From contig JBBTTA010000003.1 in NCBI GenBank assembly GCA_038064475.1, positions 24,985-88,984 of the forward strand: a DNA stretch of 64,000 nt, in the 5' to 3' direction. The notes beneath the pieces are model-generated. The model had not been told where the DNA came from. It worked only from the letters and a program-made list of their open reading frames with translations, and searched no databases. This DNA comes from Patescibacteria group bacterium (GTDB lineage Bacteria; Patescibacteriota; Minisyncoccia; Phycocordibacterales; EsbW-18). The first letter of the stretch is position 1. The number at the start of each line of letters is the position of its first letter. Position numbers and translations under genes: made by a program. This document shows, in pieces, positions 19,639 through 27,631 of the stretch.

Positions 19639-20095
19639 TGTGTAAATAGGCTAGTTTCAACCCGTTAGAAGCTACTTCTATGGCGTTGAATGTTTAAATT
19701 TCATAAAAATAGGCATATTTTGGTGCTTCTAACGGGTTTCATGTGTAACGGTTTCACGTGAAACGTTTTTTATAAAAACCCTTATTTCCCAACGTATTAT
19801 TAAATATAAAGTTTTCATAAAGACATGTCTTTTACACATATCCCCGTACTTGTCCCCATTATACCCTTACAAAATAAAGTTTTTTTAAAGGACATGTCTT
19901 GACTAAGTCTTAATGTCCTTTTAGAGATTACAAAAACCTCTTCGAATATATTAAGGACATTCCTAACTCTACCCCCCAACACTTCAGACTCCTGCCATTG
20001 AATCAAAAATAGGGGACGCTACCTTTTTATATAAATGATTTTCTTCTCTTATATTAAATTTGTTGTATACTGGCCTTCGTGCAAAGAGTACTTTT

Positions 20096-20166
20096 GCGGG
20101 CATGGTTTAGTGGTAGAACACGTCCTTGCCAAGGACGAGACGGGAGTTCGATTCTCCCTGCCCGCA
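20096..20166 (+). tRNA. tRNA-Gly (anticodon GCC), no encoded CCA
   Basis: gcgggcatggtttagtggtagaacacgtccttgccaaggacgagacgggagttcgattctccctgcccgca; anticodon arm cgtcc-ttgccaa-ggacg. Confidence 0.88.
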
Positions 20167-20274
20167 CAAGACGTTCGCATGTTCCTGTTGAAACGCACGG
20201 ATAAAATGAAGCTTCATTTTTCCTCGTACTCGCGCCGTCGCGCTCGCAAGTCGTTTCAACAGGACAAGCTCACT
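20167..20274 (+). repeat. 108-nt structured element immediately 3' of tRNA-Gly(GCC); inverted copy of 18956..19062
   Basis: See 18956..19062. Confidence 0.8.
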
Positions 20275-20396
20275 CTACCGTTTAATACAAAAGGCAAAAC
20301 GGTAGATCCCCAGAACATTCGACTCTGTCTGTATAAGTTCTCCCTGCCCATGTACCTCGTGACCAGCTTCCTTGCGTAGTACACTTAGAATAGATT

Positions 20397-20471
20397 GCTC
20401 CCGTAGTGAAATGGATATCACGACAGGCTTCGAACCTGTTATTGGGGGTTCGAATCCCTCCGGGAGCACCA
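20397..20471 (+). tRNA. tRNA-Arg (anticodon TCG), CCA encoded
   Basis: gctcccgtagtgaaatggatatcacgacaggcttcgaacctgttattgggggttcgaatccctccgggagcacca; anticodon arm acagg-cttcgaa-cctgt. Track ORF 20275..20499 (minus) overlaps it and is rejected. Confidence 0.85.
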
Positions 20472-20511
20472 AAACAATTCTTGGCAGTTTACTCACCAAA
20501 CGCCAGTATCA

Positions 20512-21972
20512 ATGAAAGCAATCCCCAAAGAGGTTCGTGCAGTCGTCGCCCTTCTTCAACACAAGGGCTTTGAAGCATACCTCGTTGGAGGTTGTGTGCG
20601 TGACATCATTATGGATCGCACGCCAAAAGATTGGGATGTGACGACAAATGCAACACCTAAAGAAATTCAAGCAACGTTTCCACATACGTTTTATGAAAAT
20701 GAATTCGGTACTGTTGGTGTGGTGAATGATGACACAACAGACGAGACACTTAAAGTCGTTGAAGTAACGCCATATCGCAAAGAGGGGACATACACCGACA
20801 AACGTCATCCTGATTCTGTTGAGTTTGGAAAAGATCTTTCTGAAGACCTCAAGCGTCGTGACTTCACGATCAATGCAATTGCATACGATCCAATCGCTGA
20901 ACAACTCATTGATCCATTCAAAGGACACGCTGACATTGAACAGAAACTTATTCGCGCAGTGGGAAATGCAACAGAGCGTTTTGATGAAGACGCCTTGCGT
21001 ATGCTTCGCGCTGTACGCATCGCAACTGATCTTGATTTTGATTTGGAAAAGGAAACAGCGGCCGCTATCCAAAAAATGGCTAAAAATATAGCTCAAATCT
21101 CTGGTGAGCGTATTCGTGACGAGATAACAAAAATACTTCTTTCAAAACATCCTCGTCGTGGTTTCATCATGTTGCACGAGTTGGAACTCCTCACACATAT
21201 CATTCCTGAACTTGAAGCGGGTGTTGGTATCGAACAAAACCAAGCGCACTCGTTCCGTGTGTTCGAACACATCTTGGGAACGGTTGAAGCCTCGGCGACA
21301 AAAAATCTTTCACTTGAAGTGCGTCTCGCTGCGCTTTTTCATGACATTGCAAAACCACATACGCGCGCATTTGATGACAAGAAACAAGATTGGTCATTTC
21401 ACGGACACGAAGTTGAGGGATCAAAACTTGCAAAGAAACGCCTGCAAGAACTTCGCTATCCAAACACTGTCGTAGAAAAGGTGGTGAAGCTTGTGCGCTG
21501 GCACATGTTTTTCTCTGACACAGAATTGATTACGCATTCTGCAGTGCGTCGACTCATTCGAAATGTGGGAACAGAAAACGTTGAAGATCTTTTGATGCTT
21601 CGCGTCTGTGATCGTATCGGGACAGGTCGTCCAAAAGAACGACCATATCGACTTCGCAAATATCAGGCAATGATTGAAGAGGTGATGCGCGATCCAGTTT
21701 CTGTCGGCATGCTTAAAATAAATGGCACAACGTTGATGGGTATGGGAGAGAAGGCAGGACCACGTGTTGGGTGGATTTTGCACGCACTCCTTGAAGAAGT
21801 TCTTGAAGACCCGCAACTCAATACAGAAACGTGGCTTATGGAGAAGGCGGAAGAGTTCAGGAAGCTACCTCTAAGCGAATTAAAGCGTCTGGGTGAGGCG
21901 GGAAAGGACGCACGCGAACATGCAGAGGAAGGGGAGGTAAAGAAGGTTCGTTCGCGATATCACGTGGAATAA
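20512..21972 (+). CDS. cca: CCA-adding tRNA nucleotidyltransferase with HD domain
   Basis: 486 aa; N-terminal pol-beta NTase (GGCVRDIIMDRTPKDWDVTT), central HD motif (LFHDIAKP). Confidence 0.85.
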   Translation: MKAIPKEVRAVVALLQHKGFEAYLVGGCVRDIIMDRTPKDWDVTTNATPKEIQATFPHTFYENEFGTVGVVNDDTTDETLKVVEVTPYRKEGTYTDKRHPDSVEFGKDLSEDLKRRDFTINAIAYDPIAEQLIDPFKGHADIEQKLIRAVGNATERFDEDALRMLRAVRIATDLDFDLEKETAAAIQKMAKNIAQISGERIRDEITKILLSKHPRRGFIMLHELELLTHIIPELEAGVGIEQNQAHSFRVFEHILGTVEASATKNLSLEVRLAALFHDIAKPHTRAFDDKKQDWSFHGHEVEGSKLAKKRLQELRYPNTVVEKVVKLVRWHMFFSDTELITHSAVRRLIRNVGTENVEDLLMLRVCDRIGTGRPKERPYRLRKYQAMIEEVMRDPVSVGMLKINGTTLMGMGEKAGPRVGWILHALLEEVLEDPQLNTETWLMEKAEEFRKLPLSELKRLGEAGKDAREHAEEGEVKKVRSRYHVE

Positions 21973-22302
21973 CAAAACGCCCCAGACAAGCGTCCAGAGC
22001 GTGAGGTTTTTAGATGATTCCGTATGAGAAGCGAAAGCTCTCACAAAGCGCGTGAAATTAAATTCGAAACCGCGCCGGTTTCATCATATATGGCAAGGCG
22101 TTGCCTTGCCTAGTGAGCCGAAGCTCGGAAGTAAAGAACTATAGCGTTCTAAGGACATTGAGACCTGAGGTCCCAAGTAGGAGAAAAAGTAGTGGGGTAC
22201 TATATTTTGTTGTGCGAACATGTCCTTGAGAACTTCTGGTATCTATTCTAAAGGACACCCATACTCTGTGTAAAGGACATCTGTGGACATCCGAAAATAC
22301 CT

Positions 22303-23073
22303 TTATATACCAACCTCAATTTCTAAGGGACAATGGTCAGACCCAAAGACCAAGGGGAGTATTTCTGCCTTCTTCAGTTTTGGAACAAGATCTGGAGAAA
22401 CAAAAAAGTAGTCTATGCGCCATCCAACATTCCTATCTCGTGCGCGACTCTTCTGATCCCAATATGTGTACACTCCCGTTTTGTTCGGATAGAAGTGTCT
22501 GAAAGTATCTACGAAACCAGCGGCAATAACTTCATCAAGCCATGCTCGTTCTTCGGGCAAGAACCCCGTATTCTTTTCATTCTCTTTTGGACGAGCAAGA
22601 TCGATCTCTTCGTGGGCAGTATTGATGTCACCGCAGAAAATGACTGATTTTCCTTGTTTTACAAGGCTATTTACGTGTTTAAGGAAAGCATCATAGAAAC
22701 GAAGCTTATATTCGAGTCGTTCTGGGCCTTGGCCCCCGTTCGGGAAATAGCCATTGATAAGCACAAAATCCTCAAAAACGGCTTCAATAAGCCTTCCTTC
22801 TTCATCCAACCCATTCTCCAAGATGTCGTAGTGCACTTCGAGAGGCTTCTTCTTCGTGTACATTGCGACACCGCTGTAGCCCTTACGTCCTCGTGAGGAG
22901 TTAAAAAAGGGGAAATAACCTAGAGGCATTGCAACTTCGGGAGCAAGTTGCGCACTTTCGGCCTTTATCTCCTGTAAGCAGAGGATGTCTGGTTTTTCTG
23001 TTTCAAACCATTTCCAATAGCCTTGTTTATGGAGTGAGCGCAACCCGTTGATGTTCCACGAAACGATTCTCAT
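22303..23073 (-). CDS. xth: Exodeoxyribonuclease III
   Basis: 256 aa; MRIVSWNINGLRS...ILCLQEIK...GSDHCP ExoIII/AP endonuclease signature. Confidence 0.9.
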   Translation of the reverse strand: MRIVSWNINGLRSLHKQGYWKWFETEKPDILCLQEIKAESAQLAPEVAMPLGYFPFFNSSRGRKGYSGVAMYTKKKPLEVHYDILENGLDEEGRLIEAVFEDFVLINGYFPNGGQGPERLEYKLRFYDAFLKHVNSLVKQGKSVIFCGDINTAHEEIDLARPKENEKNTGFLPEERAWLDEVIAAGFVDTFRHFYPNKTGVYTYWDQKSRARDRNVGWRIDYFFVSPDLVPKLKKAEILPLVFGSDHCPLEIEVGI

Positions 23074-23228
23074 ACAGTAATTCTAACAGCATTCAGAGAC
23101 CGAGTCTCTAAATACACAGAGACTCGGTCTCTGGGTCTATCCCCAAACGTATTCGGTGTGGAAGTTGTTGAGGACTACAATGAATAGGTAGCTGAATTTG
23201 TAGTTTATTATCATTTTAGTGCACGGCT

Positions 23229-23501
23229 ATGAATATGCATATGTCAGGGAAGTGTTCGCACTCAAGAATTGCCGGAACTCTCGTTCTCATCGGTGCAATA
23301 AACTGGGGCCTTATCGGTCTCGGATATTTCTTCGGTGGCAATTGGAATGTGGTGAATCTTCTTTTGGGTAATTGGATGTGGCTTGAAGCAGTTGTCTACA
23401 TTCTCGTGGGTGTTGCAGGTGTCATCCGGCTTTTCGGATGTGTTTGCAAAGACCACAAGATGGCAGAAGGTGGTGCTCCAATGGGTGGAGGCCAGATGTA
23501 G
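23229..23501 (+). CDS. DUF378 family small membrane protein
   Basis: LVLIGAINWGLIGLGYFFGGNW...VVYILVGVAGVIRLF matches DUF378. Confidence 0.65.
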   Translation: MNMHMSGKCSHSRIAGTLVLIGAINWGLIGLGYFFGGNWNVVNLLLGNWMWLEAVVYILVGVAGVIRLFGCVCKDHKMAEGGAPMGGGQM

Positions 23502-23518
23502 AAAGTTTCAGCTCAAAG

Positions 23519-23554
23519 AAAAAATCCCGACGTCACGCCGTCGGGATTTTTTCG
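23519..23554. terminator. Bidirectional hairpin terminator
   Basis: aaaaaatcccgacg-tcacgc-cgtcgggatttttt, lying between convergent genes. Confidence 0.7.
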
Positions 23555-23562
23555 TATCTTTT

Positions 23563-24192
23563 TTAGTAGTAGATTCCGCGCAAAGCATTAATCCATGCAC
23601 TAATGAGCGATTGAAACGGCTCTGAAGGACCGTCATAAATGTCTCGAATCGGATCTCCAGTTCCTTGTATTCCTATTCCTCCACCACCTCCACCACCTCC
23701 ACCACCTCCACCACCTCCTTCTCCAGGGTCGGGGCCACCGTCTGCTGGTGGTTCCTCCGGTATCTCTTCACGCCATTCTTCTGTACATGTCCGATTCAAA
23801 AACCGGCTATTTGCACCAAAAAGATCGTGGGTTGGTCGAAGCTGTCCCCCTGTGCCATCTACTTCTGTACAAATACCTGTGTCTGCTTCACAAAGGTATG
23901 CATCCTCAAGAACGCCATTATCATTGCGTTTCAATGGACATACGGTTCCTCTCTGCCACACATACTCTCCTGACCGGTTCTTTGAACAGATGAAAGATGC
24001 CTCGAAACGCCCCGGGCCAACTGTCGTTGTTCCACACTGCACATCACAAAACTGTGCAGGCTCACACGAGTCTCCCACAAATGGGTTGGGGTATGGATAC
24101 CTACTGAAATCACCTGATGACTGAACTTCAATGGGCGCGGACGCAGCGAGAAACACGATAAGTGCAGAAATGGCGAGTAAGATTTGTTTCAT
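23563..24192 (-). CDS. Secreted Cys-rich protein with poly-Gly tract
   Basis: Signal peptide MKQILLAISALIVFLAASAP; 12 Cys; PGEGGGGGGGGGGGGGG run. Confidence 0.6.
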   Translation of the reverse strand: MKQILLAISALIVFLAASAPIEVQSSGDFSRYPYPNPFVGDSCEPAQFCDVQCGTTTVGPGRFEASFICSKNRSGEYVWQRGTVCPLKRNDNGVLEDAYLCEADTGICTEVDGTGGQLRPTHDLFGANSRFLNRTCTEEWREEIPEEPPADGGPDPGEGGGGGGGGGGGGGGIGIQGTGDPIRDIYDGPSEPFQSLISAWINALRGIYY

Positions 24193-24270
24193 AATGATGC
24201 GTTAGTGTTACCTCCTTATTCTACTTCCTATTTTCACCTGTGTGAAATGAGTTATGCCAATACACAAAGC

Positions 24271-25185
24271 TTAATTCGAACGCTTCCCGTGGAAATTCTT
24301 GTGTACTTCTTTCAAGTGCCTATCAGTCACGTGCGTATATATCTGTGTCGTGGCGATATTGGCATGTCCCAAAAGCGCCTGAACGCTTCTGATATCTGCA
24401 CCGTTGCCCAAAAGGTCGGTTGCGAACGAATGACGAATGATATGCGGTGTCACTTTTTTGCTGATACCTGCTTTAATCGCGTACTGCTTCACCAAGCGTT
24501 CAACCGAGCGGGGAGTGAGGCGCAAATCTGAGGAATTTTTCGCATTTTTGCCAAGTTGTGCGAATAACGCATCATCGGTATCCGCTCGTTTGTCCAGATA
24601 TTTCTTTACCGAAGTTTTAGCCACATCTGATACGAACACAACACGCACTTTGTCGCCCTTTCCGCGCACCGAAAACTCCCCGCGTGAGAAATCGATGTCG
24701 CGCGACAGAGACACAATCTCTGATACACGCATGCCTGTTGAGAAAAGAAGTTCGAGAAGCGCTTTGTCGCGAAGGGATTGAACATCTTCACCTGACGGCT
24801 GTGCGAGTAGTCGATCAAGGTCTGTGTGTGAGATAAGATCGAGATCTCGATCACCGGTTTTCGCGAGTTCAATAACTTCAGGTTGTACAGTCTTGATATT
24901 TTTTTTACGAAGATATTTGAGAAATGCTCGAAGCGCAATCAAATAATAGTTTTGTGTTTTCTTTTTGAGCGTATTGTCTGTTGTCTGTTGTCTGTTATTT
25001 GTTGTCTGTCTATTAAGCCACAAACGGTAGTCGCGAATAATTGATTCTGTAATGTCCGTTGGGGAAGAGATTTTCGCGTATTCAAAAAAGCGCGTAAGGT
25101 AGCGGTCGTAATTTTCGATCGTCTTAATCGAGCGTCCGCGTTCGATTTCGAGATATTCTAGAAACTCTCTTTTGTACTTTTCCAT
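24271..25185 (-). CDS. Tyrosine site-specific recombinase, XerC/XerD type
   Basis: Start at MEKYKREFLEYLEIERGRSIKTIENYDRYL; catalytic region RHSFATDLL...LLGHANIATTQIYTHV. Contains an in-frame heptamer repeat (see 24974..25008). Confidence 0.8.
   Translation of the reverse strand: MEKYKREFLEYLEIERGRSIKTIENYDRYLTRFFEYAKISSPTDITESIIRDYRLWLNRQTTNNRQQTTDNTLKKKTQNYYLIALRAFLKYLRKKNIKTVQPEVIELAKTGDRDLDLISHTDLDRLLAQPSGEDVQSLRDKALLELLFSTGMRVSEIVSLSRDIDFSRGEFSVRGKGDKVRVVFVSDVAKTSVKKYLDKRADTDDALFAQLGKNAKNSSDLRLTPRSVERLVKQYAIKAGISKKVTPHIIRHSFATDLLGNGADIRSVQALLGHANIATTQIYTHVTDRHLKEVHKNFHGKRSN
24974..25008. repeat. Heptanucleotide tandem repeat (ttgtctg x4 plus variant ttatttg) inside the recombinase CDS
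   Basis: Read directly; encodes QTTNNRQQTTDN linker on the minus strand. Confidence 0.9.
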
Positions 25186-25355
25186 GTTTGTTTGCCCGAG
25201 TGGCACTTGGAAGCTTCGCTTCCAAGTGTGTGCCGACACTACTTGCTTCGCAAGATCTGTCCGCACTATATATTGTGCGACGCTTCCTTTACTTTCACAA
25301 ACAATTCCTGTATAAAACCTACAGAAGGTCTACTCAGCCCGAAAAGGAGAAACGT

Positions 25356-25673
25356 ATGCCTATCTTGTCTTGGGTTCTCTTGGGAACCATTTACCTAGTC
25401 CTATACTTGCTCGTCGGAGGGGGTTTCGTTCACTTTGGCAGGTTTATACACCAGTCAGAGCCTGATAAAGATCCCTCTCTGCCGTGGCAAGACAAGTTGT
25501 TCTATGGACTGCTGAGGCCCGGACAATGCCTCGCGTGGACATGGCCTTTTTCAGTTGTAGGGCTGCTACTCATGCTGATTCTTTTCGTTTTCTATCGCCT
25601 GGCGCTAAGTATCGTGAGAGGGACTGTTGCTTCCTATCGATTCGTTGTCAACGGCTACGAGAAGCCGGCCTAA
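25356..25673 (+). CDS. Small 3-TM membrane protein (GC-elevated cassette)
   Basis: 106 aa from ATG 25356 with AAGGAG RBS; followed by terminator ccccgc-tatccat-gcgggg-cttcttttt at 25690..25716. Confidence 0.55.
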   Translation: MPILSWVLLGTIYLVLYLLVGGGFVHFGRFIHQSEPDKDPSLPWQDKLFYGLLRPGQCLAWTWPFSVVGLLLMLILFVFYRLALSIVRGTVASYRFVVNGYEKPA

Positions 25674-25841
25674 TCAACACCTACACCTACCCCCGCTATC
25701 CATGCGGGGCTTCTTTTTGTGCTACTTGCGTCCTGCATAAAAGTGTGCTAGTGTACTTACATGAGGCGTCGAGCCTCTATTTATACGAAAGGGTGGTATA
25801 CTCACCCGACGCAAGAGAGAAACGTTTTCAATACCAGCCAT

Positions 25842-26105
25842 ATGGCACTTACAAAGAAAAAGAAAGACGGCATCATAAAAGTCACACGACGCCACGACAC
25901 CGATACCGGTTCTCCGGAAGTTCAGGTGTCCCTTTTGTCACGTCGTATTGACGAGCTTTCAAAGCATTTGAAGAAGAATCGCAAAGACAAGCACTCACGT
26001 CGCGGCCTTTTGGGTCTTGTTGCAGACCGCCGTACACATCTTGAATATCTCAAGAAGAAGAATCCTGCCGTCTACGCAGATTTGGTAAAGAAAATTAAGG
26101 AATAA
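25842..26105 (+). CDS. rpsO: 30S ribosomal protein S15
   Basis: 88 aa MALTKKKKDGIIKV...DTGSPEVQVSLLSRRIDELSKHLKKNRKDKHSRRGLLGLVADRRTHLEYLKKK. Confidence 0.92.
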   Translation: MALTKKKKDGIIKVTRRHDTDTGSPEVQVSLLSRRIDELSKHLKKNRKDKHSRRGLLGLVADRRTHLEYLKKKNPAVYADLVKKIKE

Positions 26106-26172
26106 TCTCTCCTGTGCGTTTTTCATAATTATTTAGAATTCGAGTTGTATACTCGAGTTCGCCTCTATTTAT

Positions 26173-26736
26173 ATGAGTATCATTAAACACAAAGCACAGC
26201 GTGTCGCTGTCTATATCGACACACAAAACTTGTATCACAGTGCGCGCAATCTCTACGGAGCACGCGCAAACTTTGATGCAATCGTTAAAAATGCAATCGG
26301 AGATCGAAGTCTCGTGCGCGCAGTTGCGTACGTGATTTCAACAGAATCCGGTGAAGAAAAAACATTCTTTGAAGCACTTGAAAAAATGGGAATTGAAGCA
26401 AAGACAAAAGACCTTCAAATTTTTGCTGGTGGTGCAAAGAAAGCAGACTGGGATGTGGGGCTCGCAATCGATGCGGTGCAATTGGCACCAAAGCTTGATG
26501 CAGTCGTTCTTATTTCAGGCGACGGTGATTTTATCCCGCTTGTAAGGTATTTGCAGATTAATGAAGGTTGTCAGGTTGAAGTTGTCGCTTTCGGGCGCTC
26601 AACATCATCGAACCTTATTGAAGCAGCAGATCACTTTACTGACTTGGATGAAAATCCTCGCGAATACCTTATCGGTAATCGTTCACAACGTGGACGTGGT
26701 CGCGGCGGAAAACCAAAACAAAATCCGACCGAATAA
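26173..26736 (+). CDS. NYN-domain (LabA-like) predicted nuclease
   Basis: RVAVYIDTQNLYHSARNLYG...DWDVGLAIDAV...VLISGDGDFIPLV pattern. Confidence 0.7.
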   Translation: MSIIKHKAQRVAVYIDTQNLYHSARNLYGARANFDAIVKNAIGDRSLVRAVAYVISTESGEEKTFFEALEKMGIEAKTKDLQIFAGGAKKADWDVGLAIDAVQLAPKLDAVVLISGDGDFIPLVRYLQINEGCQVEVVAFGRSTSSNLIEAADHFTDLDENPREYLIGNRSQRGRGRGGKPKQNPTE

Positions 26737-26745
26737 TGTCGCATC

Positions 26746-26775
26746 AAAACCCCCTGTTACAAACAGGGGGTTTTG
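26746..26775 (+). terminator. Rho-independent terminator after the NYN gene
   Basis: aaaaccccctgtt-acaa-acagggggtttt. Confidence 0.7.
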
Positions 26776-26818
26776 ATGTATGGTAGATACGGAAGGTCTC
26801 TTACAGAAAGGGGAAGTG

Positions 26819-27205
26819 ATGGACAGCCCACAGCCCTTGGTACGACAGAGGGTGCGGAGGGTTATCGTATACATCCTTTGTTTTCTGGTGTTTCTGATTC
26901 TTGTGAAGATGCTTATCGCAAAACCAAAGGAGTCAAAGAAAGCCTTCAAGGCTCCAGCACCCATCGTGGAACCAGTGCTCCTCGAGAACGAAGCCGTCGC
27001 ATTCACATGTGGTGTCTACAGCAGAAAGCTTGGTAGCGGAAAGAAGTATGTCCAGTTCGGAATCCTCGAACGGCTCACTTCGATGCCCGTTATCCGAGAG
27101 ACTTCTCGCCGACCTCTCGTGGGAGAGCAGGTGAAGGTCGAGTGGCATTCAAACCCCACCAAGGTCTGGGTTTCCATCGACTTCGACGAGTGCCCGCCAT
27201 TATGA
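26819..27205 (+). CDS. Hypothetical N-terminally anchored membrane protein (GC-elevated)
   Basis: 128 aa from ATG 26819 (RBS AGGGGAAG); TM VIVYILCFLVFLILVKMLIA. Confidence 0.5.
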   Translation: MDSPQPLVRQRVRRVIVYILCFLVFLILVKMLIAKPKESKKAFKAPAPIVEPVLLENEAVAFTCGVYSRKLGSGKKYVQFGILERLTSMPVIRETSRRPLVGEQVKVEWHSNPTKVWVSIDFDECPPL

Positions 27206-27534
27206 TTTCCGTCTACGGAGATAACGGCAGCTTCACAAGAGAAGTCCCCTTCGGACGACACGGTTTCAAAAAAGTTGTGTACCGAAAGCGCTTGCTGCGC
27301 ATCATCGCTCCGGACGGGACAAAGTTCAAGATGGGGAGTGTCGTGCGACTTGTCATTAAGGAAAAACGCCGAAGCCATGGACTTGGAGAAATTCGCCTTG
27401 AGGCCCTTGGGCGAGTCGTCGACTTCGATGTACTGACCAAATCAACGATGGTTCTCCGTGTCTGTTTTTGGGAAAGCCGAAGGAAAAACATCCTTTCGGT
27501 AAGTCCTGCTGAGATTGTTCTTGTTTCGTATTGA
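27202..27534 (+). CDS. Hypothetical protein, ATGA-overlapped with preceding gene
   Basis: 110 aa; start ATG 27202 overlaps the TGA stop of the previous gene. Confidence 0.5.
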   Translation: MISVYGDNGSFTREVPFGRHGFKKVVYRKRLLRIIAPDGTKFKMGSVVRLVIKEKRRSHGLGEIRLEALGRVVDFDVLTKSTMVLRVCFWESRRKNILSVSPAEIVLVSY

Positions 27535-27540
27535 AGCGTC

Positions 27541-27580
27541 CAGCCCCAGTTCAAAAAACTGGAGCTGGACGCTTTTTTGT
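27541..27580 (+). terminator. Rho-independent terminator (dispersed hairpin family)
   Basis: cgtccagc-cccagtt-caaaaaa-ctgg-a-gctggacg-cttttttg. Confidence 0.7.
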
Positions 27581-27631
27581 TTTACATAGAAAAAGAACTG
27601 TAATTTGCTAAACTCAAAGGAGCACACCACC

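Noticed and set aside
20275-20499. Track ORF (74 aa, minus strand)
   Set aside because: It overlaps a clean tRNA-Arg(TCG) with CCA on the plus strand.
20509-21096. 195-aa minus-strand ORF
   Set aside because: It is antisense to the CCA-adding enzyme gene, which has strong NTase and HD motifs.
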